Source: Candidatus Enterousia sp. (GTDB taxonomy: Bacteria; Pseudomonadota; Alphaproteobacteria; Rs-D84). Taken from it: a stretch of 42,478 nt of DNA. Positions 26,157 to 36,409 of the stretch are shown in pieces. The translations under genes were made by a program, and so were the position numbers. Each line of letters begins with the position of its first letter. Position 1 is the first letter of the stretch. The notes below the pieces were generated by a model. The model was given only the letters and a program-made list of their open reading frames with translations. It searched no databases and was not told the origin of the DNA. The stretch lies in NCBI GenBank assembly GCA_045576255.1, contig JAZNGD010000003.1, forward strand, positions 1 to 42,478. Reading direction: 5' to 3'.

Positions 26157-26366
26157 TAAAGATTTAACCCACCGTCAGGTGGGTTTAATTATGTGCGGAC
26201 GTTGGACGAGAACCGTCAAGGTTCGATACGGAGTAGATTTGGGAAGTGCAACGCACCCAAATCGTCACGAGTGGAGAGGGGTATCCCCGCCCACTGTGTG
26301 GGCAGGGGAGTCCAGTCCTTTTGCGCCCGCCATAAAGATTTAACCCACCGTCAGGTGGGTTTAATT
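26151..26366 (+). repeat. 40-bp direct repeats (26151-26190 and 26327-26366) covering the tRNA-Ser 3' end plus its terminator hairpin, bracketing a 136-bp structured insert
   Basis: Exact repeat ccgccataaagatttaacccaccgtcaggtgggtttaatt. The insert shares the AGGTTCGA..GAGTAGA motif and a hairpin at the same position (26236-26263) with the tRNA-Pro-linked insert. Confidence 0.7.
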
Positions 26367-26532
26367 TTTGCTTCTTGACTTCTTGGCTTGAAGCGTGTAA
26401 TAATCAGCATATGACAGTCAGATTTATTAATTTTTATTGTTGTCGTTAATTTGCATTTTTTTGTAAACTGTTGTGTTTGCATTTTTACTACATAATTATT
26501 AAAATCAAATAAACTCATAAAAGGAACGCATT

Positions 26533-27951
26533 ATGACAATAAAACTTTATAATACATTAACAAGAAAACTGGAAGAATTTAAGCCTTTGGAACCCGGTAA
26601 AATGGGCTTTTATACATGCGGTCCGACTGTTTATTGGGATGCGCATATTGGAAATATGCGGACTATTGTTAACAGCGATATTATCAAACGCGTGTTTATT
26701 GAAAACGGATACGATGTCACACACGTGATGAACTTTACAGACGTTGGGCACTTGACCAGCGATGGCGATACTGGCGACGATAAAATGGAAAAGGGTGCAG
26801 CACGCGAAAATCTGACTGTGTGGCAGGTTGCACAAAAATACATAGACGCATTTATTTATGATTCTGATTTGTTAAATATTATTCGCCCAACTTATACGCC
26901 ACGTGCAACAGACCATATTGCCGAACAAATAGAACAAGTGCAAAAGCTGGAAGCGTTGGGTTATACATACGAAATCCCAGGGGACGGAATTTATTATGAT
27001 ACGTCCAAATTTGCCAATTATGGCGCGTTGGGCGGTCAGAATTTGTCAGAATTGCGTGGCGGTGCGCGCATTGATGACACCGGTAAAAGACAGTCAACGG
27101 ACTTTGCTTTGTGGAAATTTTCGCCAACAAATGAAAAACGCCAGATGGAATGGGACAGCCCATGGGGTGTTGGTTTCCCAGGTTGGCATATCGAATGCAG
27201 CGCAATGAGTATGAAATACCTGGGCGCGCATTTTGATTTGCACGTCGGCGGCCAAGAACATGCAAAAGTACACCATTCTAATGAAATCGCACAAAGCGAA
27301 CCGATTGTTGGTGCGCCTTGGGTGACTTATTGGGTGCATTTTGAGTGGTTGTTGTTAAAAGACGGCAAAATGTCCAAGTCGGCAGGCACCGCATATACTG
27401 TGCGTACGTTGGCAGAACGGGGATACGACCCGATGGCGTACAGATATTTATTGCTGCAAAGCCATTATCGTCAACCTTTGGAATTTTCATTTGAATCGCT
27501 GGATGCGGCGGCAACAGGGTACAAAAACATTGTTCGCAAGATTGCTGATTTGTTGCAATCTGAAAACAACGCCGGTATTGATTCAGAACTTTACGACGTA
27601 TGGCATAACAAAATTCTGGAACCTGCGTCAAACAACTTTAAAACCGCAGAATCTTTGGTTGCTGTTCAAGAATTGTTAAAAGACACAACGGTAAACCCAA
27701 TGACGAAATTGGCGGTGTTTGAATTTGTTGACAGATTGCTGGGGCTGCAATTTATTGATCGTGCAAAAAAGCTGGTCGAATTGGAACGCGAATCTGCACC
27801 AGATGAAATTATTGCACTGGCACAAAAACGCGCAGAAGCCAAAGCAAATAAAGATTGGGCAACAGCAGACGCTTTGCGCGCCCAGATTGACGCAGCAGGT
27901 TGGATTGTGTCAGATGCCAAAGACGGATATAAAATCGTCAAAAAAGCATAA
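26533..27951 (+). CDS. cysS: cysteinyl-tRNA synthetase
   Basis: HIGN (DAHIGNMRT) and KMSKS motifs, plus CGPTVY and WHIECSAM. Confidence 0.95.
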   Translation: MTIKLYNTLTRKLEEFKPLEPGKMGFYTCGPTVYWDAHIGNMRTIVNSDIIKRVFIENGYDVTHVMNFTDVGHLTSDGDTGDDKMEKGAARENLTVWQVAQKYIDAFIYDSDLLNIIRPTYTPRATDHIAEQIEQVQKLEALGYTYEIPGDGIYYDTSKFANYGALGGQNLSELRGGARIDDTGKRQSTDFALWKFSPTNEKRQMEWDSPWGVGFPGWHIECSAMSMKYLGAHFDLHVGGQEHAKVHHSNEIAQSEPIVGAPWVTYWVHFEWLLLKDGKMSKSAGTAYTVRTLAERGYDPMAYRYLLLQSHYRQPLEFSFESLDAAATGYKNIVRKIADLLQSENNAGIDSELYDVWHNKILEPASNNFKTAESLVAVQELLKDTTVNPMTKLAVFEFVDRLLGLQFIDRAKKLVELERESAPDEIIALAQKRAEAKANKDWATADALRAQIDAAGWIVSDAKDGYKIVKKA

Positions 27952-28025
27952 TTTTTATAAAAATCGGTTGAAATTGGGGCGATATTAGTGTATATTGCCC
28001 CCTGTAATTACAAAGGGAATTCCAA

Positions 28026-28568
28026 ATGAACTATCCATATATGCCAAAATCTACTGCACTGTGGTTAATCGAAAATACCGCATTGACATTTGAACAAATC
28101 GCTGATTTCTGTGGGCTGCACGAATTAGAAGTAAAAAATATCGCAGATGCAGAAACGTATAAAATTCAACCGTTAAACCCGGTTTTAAGTGGTCAATTGA
28201 CACGCGAAGATATTGCAGCATGCGAAGCTGATGCGTCTGCTCGTTTGACTTTGCGCGAAGAAATTGTCAAAGCGCAGCAAAAGCAAAACAAGCGTGGCGT
28301 TGGTTATACACCAAAATTACATCGCCAGAATCGCTTGGGGGGCGTTCTGTGGATTATAAAAAATTATCCAGAATTAACAGACGGCCAAATTGCTCGCCTG
28401 ATGCGCAGTACAAATCCGACCGTTGCATCGGTTCGCAATAAAACTCACAAGTCTTATTCGATTATTCAAATTCAAAGCCCAATTGTTTTGGGATTGGTTT
28501 CTGAGTCTGCAATCCACGAAGCCGTCGCCAAAGCCCAAAGACAGGCAGAAAAAAAGAATAAAAAATAA
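28026..28568 (+). CDS. DUF1013-family protein (alphaproteobacteria-typical)
   Basis: MPKSTALWLIENTALTFEQIADFCGLHELEV is typical of DUF1013. Confidence 0.75.
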   Translation: MNYPYMPKSTALWLIENTALTFEQIADFCGLHELEVKNIADAETYKIQPLNPVLSGQLTREDIAACEADASARLTLREEIVKAQQKQNKRGVGYTPKLHRQNRLGGVLWIIKNYPELTDGQIARLMRSTNPTVASVRNKTHKSYSIIQIQSPIVLGLVSESAIHEAVAKAQRQAEKKNKK

Positions 28569-28597
28569 TAGTTTTATAACACTTCAAAAGGTTGATA

Positions 28598-30676
28598 ATG
28601 GTCAAAAAACTGGACGAAGCAACAAGACTTTTGATAGAGTCTTTGCCAGAAAACTTGCAGAAACTTGCATTCAATGCAATGGATGTCGGATATATGTCGC
28701 ATATGGATTTTACTGTGGCAACCGAAGCTGATGAAGTTCCCGAAGATGAACACGAAGAAGTGTTGGACTTTTTTCAACAGGATTTGGGGTTGGAAATCCT
28801 TGAAACCGACAGCTATCCGCAAGATATGGGGCGTTATTATGAAATGGATGATGACGAACCACGCGATAAAACACGCAATTTGTTGAATGCCGACGCAGAA
28901 CAAGTCGATGTCAATGATGATGATTATGAACATTATGCAAAACAGCTGGAACGCAGTCAAACCGGCTCGCTGGTGTTGGGGGTCCAGGATTCTGTTCAGT
29001 CTTATTTAAAACAAATCGGCACTGTCCAGTTGTTAACCGCAGCTGGTGAAGTTGCAATCGCCCAAAGAATAGAAGCCGCATCCAGATTAATGGTATACGG
29101 CCTGTGCGAAAGCCCAATGACAATCCAGGCGATGTTGGATTGGTATCAACAATTGTTAAACGAAGATATTCGTTTGCGATATATCGTGAATTTAGAAGTT
29201 ATGTATTCCAGCGATGCTGAACAAAAATCATTGGCTGCATTATCAGAAACACTGAAATCCAAAGGTGTCGAACACGTTGATGATTTAGATGATGACGATT
29301 TAGACGATTTGGAAGTCGCAACCAGTTCAGAAGAAGACGAAGAAGAAGACGAAGAAGACGAAGAAGGTATCAAAAAAGAAGACACTCCACGTGGAACGTC
29401 TGGGGTGCCAATCCCTGTTATGGAAGAAGCTTTGATGCCAATGGTTTTGGATTTATTTGCAAAAATCAAACGCATTTTCAACAGTATGCAAAAATTACAA
29501 GCCAAACGTTTGGAAAATTTGTTAACATCGGACACGCCAGACGCAGCATTGGAAAAGAAATACACAAAAATGCGTTTGGAACTGTTCGAAAATGTCAGCA
29601 AAATCCGTCTTAATGACGACCGTATATCTGAAATATTGGAACAATTAACCAAGCGCGACCAGTTGTTAATGGGGCTAGAAGGCAAATTATTACGCTTGGC
29701 ATTGGCGAACAAAGTCAAGCGCGAAGATTTCTTGGCGGAATACGCTGGGAACGAATTAAATCGCAATTGGGTAAAAAAACTGACAAAACACAAGAATCCT
29801 GCTTTGGCTAACTTTGCAAAAAAACACGGTGAAGACATCTTGAAAATCCAAGAAGATATTACCGCAATCGCAAATGAAACCGGTCAACCAACCGCAGAAT
29901 ACAAAAAAGTCGTCGAATTGGTTCGTCGTGGTCAAACCGAAGCTGCGCGCGCAAAACGCGAAATGATAGAAGCGAATTTGCGTCTTGTAATTAAATTTGC
30001 AAAGAAATCCAGCAATCGCGGTCTTGGACTTGATTTTTCCGATTTGGTTCAAGATGGCAATATTGGATTAATGAAGGCGGTTGATAAATTTGACTATCGC
30101 TTAGGAAACAAATTTTCAACATACGCAACGAACTGGATTCAACAAGGTATTTCTCGCAGTATTGCTGACCAGGCACGCACAATTCGTATCCCTGTGCATA
30201 TGATTGACAATATTCACAAAATACAACGTGCTTCACGTCAGTTTATGCATAAATACGGTCGTCAGCCAACCGCAGAAGAATTGTCCAGAATAATATATTT
30301 GCCGGTCGACAAAATCCACAAGGCAATGAAGGTCAACTTGAAACCAATTTCATTAGAAGCGCCAGTTGGAACCGAAGACGACAGTTCTCGTATTGAAATT
30401 ATTGCAGATGAAACGGCGAAAAATCCGTTTACATCCGCTGCACAACAAAATCTGCGCAAGATTGTCACCCAGATTTTGTCTGAATTAGATCCAAAAGAAG
30501 AAACGGTTTTGCGTCAACGCTTTGGTATGAGTACCAATAAAACCAGCACCTTGGAAGAAGTTGGTGAATACATCGGGGTCACACGCGAACGTATTCGTCA
30601 AATTGAACAAAAGGCGTTAAACAAATTAAAACACCCAACGCGTGCGCGCAAATTACGTAGCTTTTTGGAAGATTAA
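28598..30676 (+). CDS. rpoD: RNA polymerase primary sigma factor RpoD
   Basis: Region 1.2 ([12 protein letters not shown]), an acidic insert, region 2 ([38 protein letters not shown]) and region 4 ([20 protein letters not shown]). The ATG at 28598 is preferred over the TTG at 28592. Confidence 0.95.
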   Translation: MVKKLDEATRLLIESLPENLQKLAFNAMDVGYMSHMDFTVATEADEVPEDEHEEVLDFFQQDLGLEILETDSYPQDMGRYYEMDDDEPRDKTRNLLNADAEQVDVNDDDYEHYAKQLERSQTGSLVLGVQDSVQSYLKQIGTVQLLTAAGEVAIAQRIEAASRLMVYGLCESPMTIQAMLDWYQQLLNEDIRLRYIVNLEVMYSSDAEQKSLAALSETLKSKGVEHVDDLDDDDLDDLEVATSSEEDEEEDEEDEEGIKKEDTPRGTSGVPIPVMEEALMPMVLDLFAKIKRIFNSMQKLQAKRLENLLTSDTPDAALEKKYTKMRLELFENVSKIRLNDDRISEILEQLTKRDQLLMGLEGKLLRLALANKVKREDFLAEYAGNELNRNWVKKLTKHKNPALANFAKKHGEDILKIQEDITAIANETGQPTAEYKKVVELVRRGQTEAARAKREMIEANLRLVIKFAKKSSNRGLGLDFSDLVQDGNIGLMKAVDKFDYRLGNKFSTYATNWIQQGISRSIADQARTIRIPVHMIDNIHKIQRASRQFMHKYGRQPTAEELSRIIYLPVDKIHKAMKVNLKPISLEAPVGTEDDSSRIEIIADETAKNPFTSAAQQNLRKIVTQILSELDPKEETVLRQRFGMSTNKTSTLEEVGEYIGVTRERIRQIEQKALNKLKHPTRARKLRSFLED

Positions 30677-30685
30677 TTTTTATCA

Positions 30686-30710
30686 CCCCCGCGCACAGCG
30701 GGGTTTATTT
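30686..30710 (+). terminator. intrinsic terminator after rpoD
   Basis: ccccgc-gcaca-gcgggg hairpin followed by tttattt. Confidence 0.65.
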
Positions 30711-30722
30711 GGAGTTTTTTAA

Positions 30723-31316
30723 ATGAAAAATACGTTGTTGTTTTGTACAGGCGCATCTGGCAGTGGTAAAACATATTTTATTCAAAATACTTTGCCGCCG
30801 GGCTTGTTTTACTGTCTGCGATCTGCAACCACGCGTCCTATGCGTCCAGGGGAACGCGATGGCGAAGCGTATTTCTTTCGTAATGAAGATTATTTTAACA
30901 CTACGCCTTTGGCTACGTATTTATGGGTTAATCAGGCAATATGGAAACCAGAAACGCCAAAATGGCTGTACGGTGTGCCTGAAACAGAAATTTTTAATAA
31001 TCTGGGGCGGAATTTGATATACGATGTCATAGAACCAAAATATGTGCGTCAGATGATAGACTGGTTCAAGCAAAAAGGGCTTGATGCGCAATACGCTTTT
31101 AAAATCGCATACTTTGTTCCGTCGCAAAACAATACGCAAATTGTTGCCCGGCGCGCCAATATGCCAGACGATTCAATTGTTCGCACGCAAAACAAATGTG
31201 ACATCCAGGCTTTTAATAATGTAGGACTGGTGCCAGATTATACAATGTGTCCAATCAATGACATATACGATAAAAAATTATTCACGCATATCAAGCGTCT
31301 GCAAAAACAACGATAA
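30723..31316 (+). CDS. guanylate-kinase-like P-loop NMP kinase (divergent)
   Basis: P-loop GASGSGKT and SATTRPMRPGERDGEAYFF match the GMP-kinase signature. The remainder diverges from canonical Gmk. Confidence 0.55.
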   Translation: MKNTLLFCTGASGSGKTYFIQNTLPPGLFYCLRSATTRPMRPGERDGEAYFFRNEDYFNTTPLATYLWVNQAIWKPETPKWLYGVPETEIFNNLGRNLIYDVIEPKYVRQMIDWFKQKGLDAQYAFKIAYFVPSQNNTQIVARRANMPDDSIVRTQNKCDIQAFNNVGLVPDYTMCPINDIYDKKLFTHIKRLQKQR

Positions 31317-31338
31317 AGCCCCAAAGATGGGGCTTTTT
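31315..31338. terminator. bidirectional intrinsic terminator
   Basis: aaagcccc-aaagat-ggggcttt hairpin. Confidence 0.7.
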
Positions 31339-33263
31339 TAAACATAACTTTTCAATGCGATATATATATGTCCGACATCTGTTTTTATTAACGTTGCAGA
31401 AACCGTATCTGGATTATCGGTTTGTTGCGCATTAGATAATATTTTATCAAAACTGTGTACGAACTGGGTTGCTTGACGGCGGAATACTGCGTCTGCTTTT
31501 ATCATGTCGCGAATTTGTTTTTTATCGGCTGCCCCCAACATTTTTGCCAACCATTTTGAAAATATAGTCTTGTCCCCAGCGTGATATTTTGTCCACACTA
31601 CATCTGGTATTTCGGCGCCCGCAACACGTGTTAAATCCATCGATTGTTCGTGCAATGTGGCCAACATTTGTTCAGTTTGGTTTAAAAAGTCCTGAGAGCT
31701 TATATGGCCAAATGTTTTTGCAGGCGTTGTCTTGATTGCGTCCATCGGCGCAGAAGCGCGTGCGACCATCATTTGTTTATTTAATGTCTGCATTGTATCA
31801 ACGGCCTTGGCATAATCTGCCATTAAATCAATCATTTGTTGACGCGATTGTCCGGCTAATTCTTCTAATTTTATTGCAGAACCGGATACGGCTTCAGTTG
31901 ATTCTGCAACAGTAGAATTCATCAATGCAATTTTTTCGTTCAAGCTGGCCACTATTTTTTCCAGTGTTTCACTGGCTTCGACCGAACCGCGCGACAAATC
32001 GGGCAGGGCGGCATAATATCTTTCTATCAATGCAGACAATGGTTCCAGTTGCGCTGTTGTATCGCTGGACATTTTTATCAGGTTTTCAGATTGTGTCGAC
32101 AATTGCGTGTGTGCGGTATTCATTTCAATCAGCGTCTCGCGAACGCCGGTTGCCATTGTTTTTACAGATTCAGAAAATGCGTTTGCGGCGGTTTTTGTGT
32201 TTTCAAGTGTTGCATTTGCAACGCCAGATACAGTTTTAAGTTCTGATACAACACCGGTTGCATATTCTTTGATTTCTGTGTCAAATTTATTGGTCAGCCC
32301 AACCATTTCATTTGAAATGCCGCGAATTGCACTTTCTGTCGCGGTTGCGGACGCCATCAGTGTTTCTACTATGTCGGTCAGCTTTGCAGATTGTTTTTCG
32401 ATTGATGTTTCGACCAATTGGCTTTGACCTGCGACAACATTTGCTGTGCTGGTCAATGTATTCATCTGACTGGTTAATTGTTTCTTTGACTGTTTTCCAA
32501 AATTATCTAACTTTTCCAAAAACGCGTCTAATTGCTTGTTATTTCCTTTTAATACATCTTCATAGTTTGCAGCTGTTTCCTTGACCAAGTCAAATCCGCC
32601 TGCGGTTGACTTTGTTAATTCCGTTAACTTTGATTGCAAGACTTCTGATTCTGCGGTTAAATTTTTCATTTGGTCGGCATTAAAATTAAATTCATTTTGC
32701 AGATTTTCTGACAAAGTTTTGCCGCTTTCCAACCAGGCATCAATTTGTTCTTGGATTTGTGCAGTTTGTTGAGTCGTGTTTTGAGAAGTTGCATTAATAT
32801 TTGACAATAATTCGTTGACAGTACTGCTGAAACGGTCAGTCGAGTCTTCTACATCTTTCCATGAATCAGAAGCCACAATTTCGCCCAATCCGCTGACAGT
32901 ATTGTCTAAACGGCCAGACATATTTGCGATTTTTTTTGTTGCTTCGTCAGCAGTCATAACCAATTGTTCATTTTGACGCGTCAGCATATCGTTTAAATTA
33001 TTCACAGAATCAATTTGCGAATTTAATGTATCGCGCATTGTTTGAAAACTTTGTTCAATTTTGGCAATTTCGTCTGATAAAATAGTCGCCAACACGCGTG
33101 ACGCATCAGATATTTTTACGCGTTCAGGTTCAGTCATAATGGTTAACAAAGACTTCATAACCTTTTGCGATTTTCTGGATATGACGAACAATCCGATTAA
33201 AACAGCCACCAGCATACCGCCCAGTATTCCATTACCAATAATTAAGATTTGTGAAATATTCAT
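31338..33263 (-). CDS. membrane-anchored long coiled-coil protein, hypothetical
   Basis: N-terminal TM segment (ILIIGNGILGGMLVAVLIGLFVI) followed by an extended heptad-like T/S/E/Q-rich sequence. Confidence 0.65.
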   Translation of the reverse strand: MNISQILIIGNGILGGMLVAVLIGLFVISRKSQKVMKSLLTIMTEPERVKISDASRVLATILSDEIAKIEQSFQTMRDTLNSQIDSVNNLNDMLTRQNEQLVMTADEATKKIANMSGRLDNTVSGLGEIVASDSWKDVEDSTDRFSSTVNELLSNINATSQNTTQQTAQIQEQIDAWLESGKTLSENLQNEFNFNADQMKNLTAESEVLQSKLTELTKSTAGGFDLVKETAANYEDVLKGNNKQLDAFLEKLDNFGKQSKKQLTSQMNTLTSTANVVAGQSQLVETSIEKQSAKLTDIVETLMASATATESAIRGISNEMVGLTNKFDTEIKEYATGVVSELKTVSGVANATLENTKTAANAFSESVKTMATGVRETLIEMNTAHTQLSTQSENLIKMSSDTTAQLEPLSALIERYYAALPDLSRGSVEASETLEKIVASLNEKIALMNSTVAESTEAVSGSAIKLEELAGQSRQQMIDLMADYAKAVDTMQTLNKQMMVARASAPMDAIKTTPAKTFGHISSQDFLNQTEQMLATLHEQSMDLTRVAGAEIPDVVWTKYHAGDKTIFSKWLAKMLGAADKKQIRDMIKADAVFRRQATQFVHSFDKILSNAQQTDNPDTVSATLIKTDVGHIYIALKSYV

Positions 33264-33351
33264 CGCTTTTCCCCCTAAGAAACCGTCTTTTATATCTCTT
33301 GCAGTTCTTTTGAATTTATACTAAACTTTAAACAATAAAGCAAGGGCAGAA

Positions 33352-35964
33352 ATGGCAAAAAGTCATAAACTTTCACCAGAACAAGATATTGCCGCGAACC
33401 CATTAGAAAACATATGGGTCCAAGCAAACGCAGGCACAGGAAAAACAAGTGTGCTGGTTCAACGTTTGCTGCGAATATTGTTTCGTTCGCACGATTGTTT
33501 GTCTGGCGGTATTTTATGTCTTACATATACCAAAGCCGGGGCCAGCGAAATGCGTAATCGAATTTTAAAGGCTTTGCGTAATTGGGCGATGGCTTCTGAT
33601 GAAGAATTGTGCGAAATGTTAAACGGGGTTTCGTATAACCGACCTGCAACATCCCAAGACATTGCGCATGCTCGACAGATATTTTTTACATTTATCGACA
33701 ATCCAGATATATTAAAAATCAAAACCATTCATGGCTTTTGTGAAGAAATATTGCATCGCTTTCCATTAGAAGCTGGAATATCTCCGGCTTGGTCTTTGGT
33801 ATCTGGTGCGCCACAACGCGTTCTGTTGCAAGATGTTTTTAATTCTGTCATAAATTCGAATAATAACGACAAGGCTTTCAGTGCTTTTGAACATATTGTT
33901 GGCCGAATATCGGAAACGTACCTGGATAAATTGCTTGAATTACTTAGTGGTTTATACAAGCACTTTTTCCAAGTTAAAGACATTGTAAAATATCGCGAAT
34001 ATTTTATTGATACGATTCAAGATTTTTTAAAATTGTCATATCAAAAAAAATACGAATTTAATGAAAAAAAATTATTATCTATCCTGGAATTTGCCGACGC
34101 CGAACAAAAAAGCAAAAAAACACCGGCCAAGAACCTTGAAAAAATAATCAATTTAACAAAACAGTTTATTGATAAAACGATAGATTTTGAAGAATATAAA
34201 TATGCGTATTTGAATTCCGATGGAACAATAAATAAACCGCTTTCAAAAAAAGAATATCTAATCGACGAACAATTGCAGGTTTTTGAAATCGACCAACAGA
34301 AAACCAATAAAATTATTTTTGATGATACTGTGGCTTTGTTTGACTTGGCGGCTGCATTTGCAACAGAATACAAAAACATCAAACGCGCAAAAAGCTTGCT
34401 GGACTTTGAAGATTTGATTCTTTATACGCGTAAATTATTTTCTGACGCAGAAACAATGGGTTGGGTTTTATCCCAGCTTGATTTGTCTTTGTCGCAAATA
34501 CTGGTTGACGAAGCCCAAGACACGTCTCCGTTGCAGTGGGATATATTAAATATGCTTTCTGGCGATTTTTTTGCGGACGGCGACACAAATCAACTGCCGC
34601 ACTCGATGTTCGTTGTTGGTGACACAAAGCAATCCATATACGGCTTTCAGGGTGCGGACCCTCGCGCTTTTGCTGCCAGTCGCGAAACAATATCTCAACA
34701 GATTCAAAATAACGCGCGCGCGATACGCGAAGTGCCATTACAACAAAGTTTTCGTTCGACAGCGCCTGTGTTAAAAACAGTCGATGATTTTTTTGCCGAC
34801 AGTGAAGTTATAAATATCAGTGGTTTTAAAAATAATACACACAAATGTTTTAGAATAAACGATGCAGGCTTGGTAGAAATGCATCGTTTGGTTGCAAAAA
34901 AAGAAGACGGAACCGAACGTTCTGATTACATAAAACAGATTGCAGACAAAGTAAAAACGGTTCTGTCTGATGGCAAATACAAGCCCCAAGATGTTATGAT
35001 ATTGGTTCAGCAGCGCGATCAATTTGTAATGCCGTTAGTGTCGGAATTAAAACGTATGGGTATTGAAGTTGCAGGGAACGACCGTATTGTTTTACCTGAA
35101 TTTCCTGCTGTACGCGACTTGCTTAATTTAACCAGATGGTGTATAAAATCCGACGACGATTACAGTTTATGCTGTGCTTTAAAAAGTCCTGTTTTCAGAT
35201 TGAAAGAAGAAGATATTTTTGAATTATGCACGACACGAAACGACATAAATTTCGCAAGAAAACAATCTGACAAAGAAGCTGTGCCAATAACAATTTTTGA
35301 TGTTTTAAAAGACAAATATTCGCATGTGTATGACACATTGTGCAAAATAAAAAACGCGTCTGATTTTATGTCGCCATACACATTTTTTACATATATTTTG
35401 AATGATTATCAGGCACGTCAGAATTTTATTTCTGCAACTGGCGAACAAGTAATTGACCCATTAGAAGAATTTTTAACAATATGTTTATCTTATGAACGTA
35501 CACAACCTGGCACATTGCGTCACTTTATAAAATGGTTTATTACCGGCGGCAGCGAAGTCACACGCGATATGGACGCAGCAACCGGGGTTCGTATCGTGAC
35601 TGTTCATGGCAGCAAAGGATTAGAAGCGCCAGTCGTGTTTTTAATTGATACTATTCATACGCCAAAAACAGAAAAAATAATTCCAATAACCGAAGACAAA
35701 GAACCTGTATGGCTGTGGTTGCCACGCAACAGTAACAGCTGTCTGTGCGATGCTGCACAAAAGGCGCACGAAAAAAAACAAATCGCAGAATATTACAGGC
35801 TGTTATATGTTGCTATGACTCGCGCACGTGACGAATTGTATATATACGGATTTACAACAGACAAAAACCCTCCTGCGAATGCGTGGCACACACAATTATG
35901 GCGGGTCTTGGCAGGTGATACGGACACACAGTTTATCAGGATTACAAATGAAGACGTTGCATAA
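33352..35964 (+). CDS. addA: AddA-like UvrD/Rep-family helicase (helicase portion only)
   Basis: NIWVQANAGTGKTSVL (motif I), ILVDEAQDTSPLQW (motif II), VGDTKQSIYGFQGA, VTVHGSKGLEAPVVFL and LLYVAMTRARDELY. Confidence 0.85.
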   Translation: MAKSHKLSPEQDIAANPLENIWVQANAGTGKTSVLVQRLLRILFRSHDCLSGGILCLTYTKAGASEMRNRILKALRNWAMASDEELCEMLNGVSYNRPATSQDIAHARQIFFTFIDNPDILKIKTIHGFCEEILHRFPLEAGISPAWSLVSGAPQRVLLQDVFNSVINSNNNDKAFSAFEHIVGRISETYLDKLLELLSGLYKHFFQVKDIVKYREYFIDTIQDFLKLSYQKKYEFNEKKLLSILEFADAEQKSKKTPAKNLEKIINLTKQFIDKTIDFEEYKYAYLNSDGTINKPLSKKEYLIDEQLQVFEIDQQKTNKIIFDDTVALFDLAAAFATEYKNIKRAKSLLDFEDLILYTRKLFSDAETMGWVLSQLDLSLSQILVDEAQDTSPLQWDILNMLSGDFFADGDTNQLPHSMFVVGDTKQSIYGFQGADPRAFAASRETISQQIQNNARAIREVPLQQSFRSTAPVLKTVDDFFADSEVINISGFKNNTHKCFRINDAGLVEMHRLVAKKEDGTERSDYIKQIADKVKTVLSDGKYKPQDVMILVQQRDQFVMPLVSELKRMGIEVAGNDRIVLPEFPAVRDLLNLTRWCIKSDDDYSLCCALKSPVFRLKEEDIFELCTTRNDINFARKQSDKEAVPITIFDVLKDKYSHVYDTLCKIKNASDFMSPYTFFTYILNDYQARQNFISATGEQVIDPLEEFLTICLSYERTQPGTLRHFIKWFITGGSEVTRDMDAATGVRIVTVHGSKGLEAPVVFLIDTIHTPKTEKIIPITEDKEPVWLWLPRNSNSCLCDAAQKAHEKKQIAEYYRLLYVAMTRARDELYIYGFTTDKNPPANAWHTQLWRVLAGDTDTQFIRITNEDVA

Positions 35965-36403
35965 TATTATATCGGAACAAGCAAGCACAAAACACGCAAA
36001 AAATTATGGTACAAAAATCCATAATATGTTGCGACATACGGTTATAGACGCAACCAAAACGTCCGGCGACGCAGAAGTATTAAGAAAAATACAAAGCACG
36101 CCTGGCTTAAGTCGTTTCTTTTGCGCGCAATCAAAAACCGAAGTTCCGATTGCTGGAACAATCAATGGGCGTTTTATAAGCCGCAGAATTGACCGTATGC
36201 ACGTTGACAAGAACAATCGTCATATTGATGTCATAGATTATAAAACAGATATTAATCCTGATGCAAATCGCACAAAGTATATCGCCCAGATAAACGAATA
36301 TGTGAATTTACTGGCTGCAATTTATCTTGATTTTAGTATTGATGGTTATATACTGTGGACACACGATTTTTCATTAGAACAAGTTGTAAACAAACGGACT
36401 TAA
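35948..36403 (+). CDS. PD-(D/E)xK (RecB/AddA-type) nuclease domain, as a separate ORF overlapping the addA stop by 17 nt
   Basis: In the +1 frame relative to addA: GTKIHNMLRH, GRFISRRIDRMHV, IDVIDYKT and YIAQINEYV. The upstream part of track ORF 35828..36403 overlaps addA and is probably not coding. Confidence 0.65.
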   Translation: MKTLHNIISEQASTKHAKNYGTKIHNMLRHTVIDATKTSGDAEVLRKIQSTPGLSRFFCAQSKTEVPIAGTINGRFISRRIDRMHVDKNNRHIDVIDYKTDINPDANRTKYIAQINEYVNLLAAIYLDFSIDGYILWTHDFSLEQVVNKRT

Positions 36404-36409
36404 TTCATT

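Noticed and set aside
26122-26378. Two overlapping + strand ORFs (73 and 61 aa)
   Set aside because: They overlap the 3' end of tRNA-Ser(GCU), its terminator and the direct repeats. The region is better explained as structured non-coding sequence.
29146-29838. 230-aa minus-strand ORF with a poly-Ser run, and the GAA/GAC-rich repeat at about 29328-29366
   Set aside because: It is antisense to rpoD. The simple repeat encodes the acidic linker ([15 protein letters not shown]) of sigma-70 and is not an independent repeat feature.
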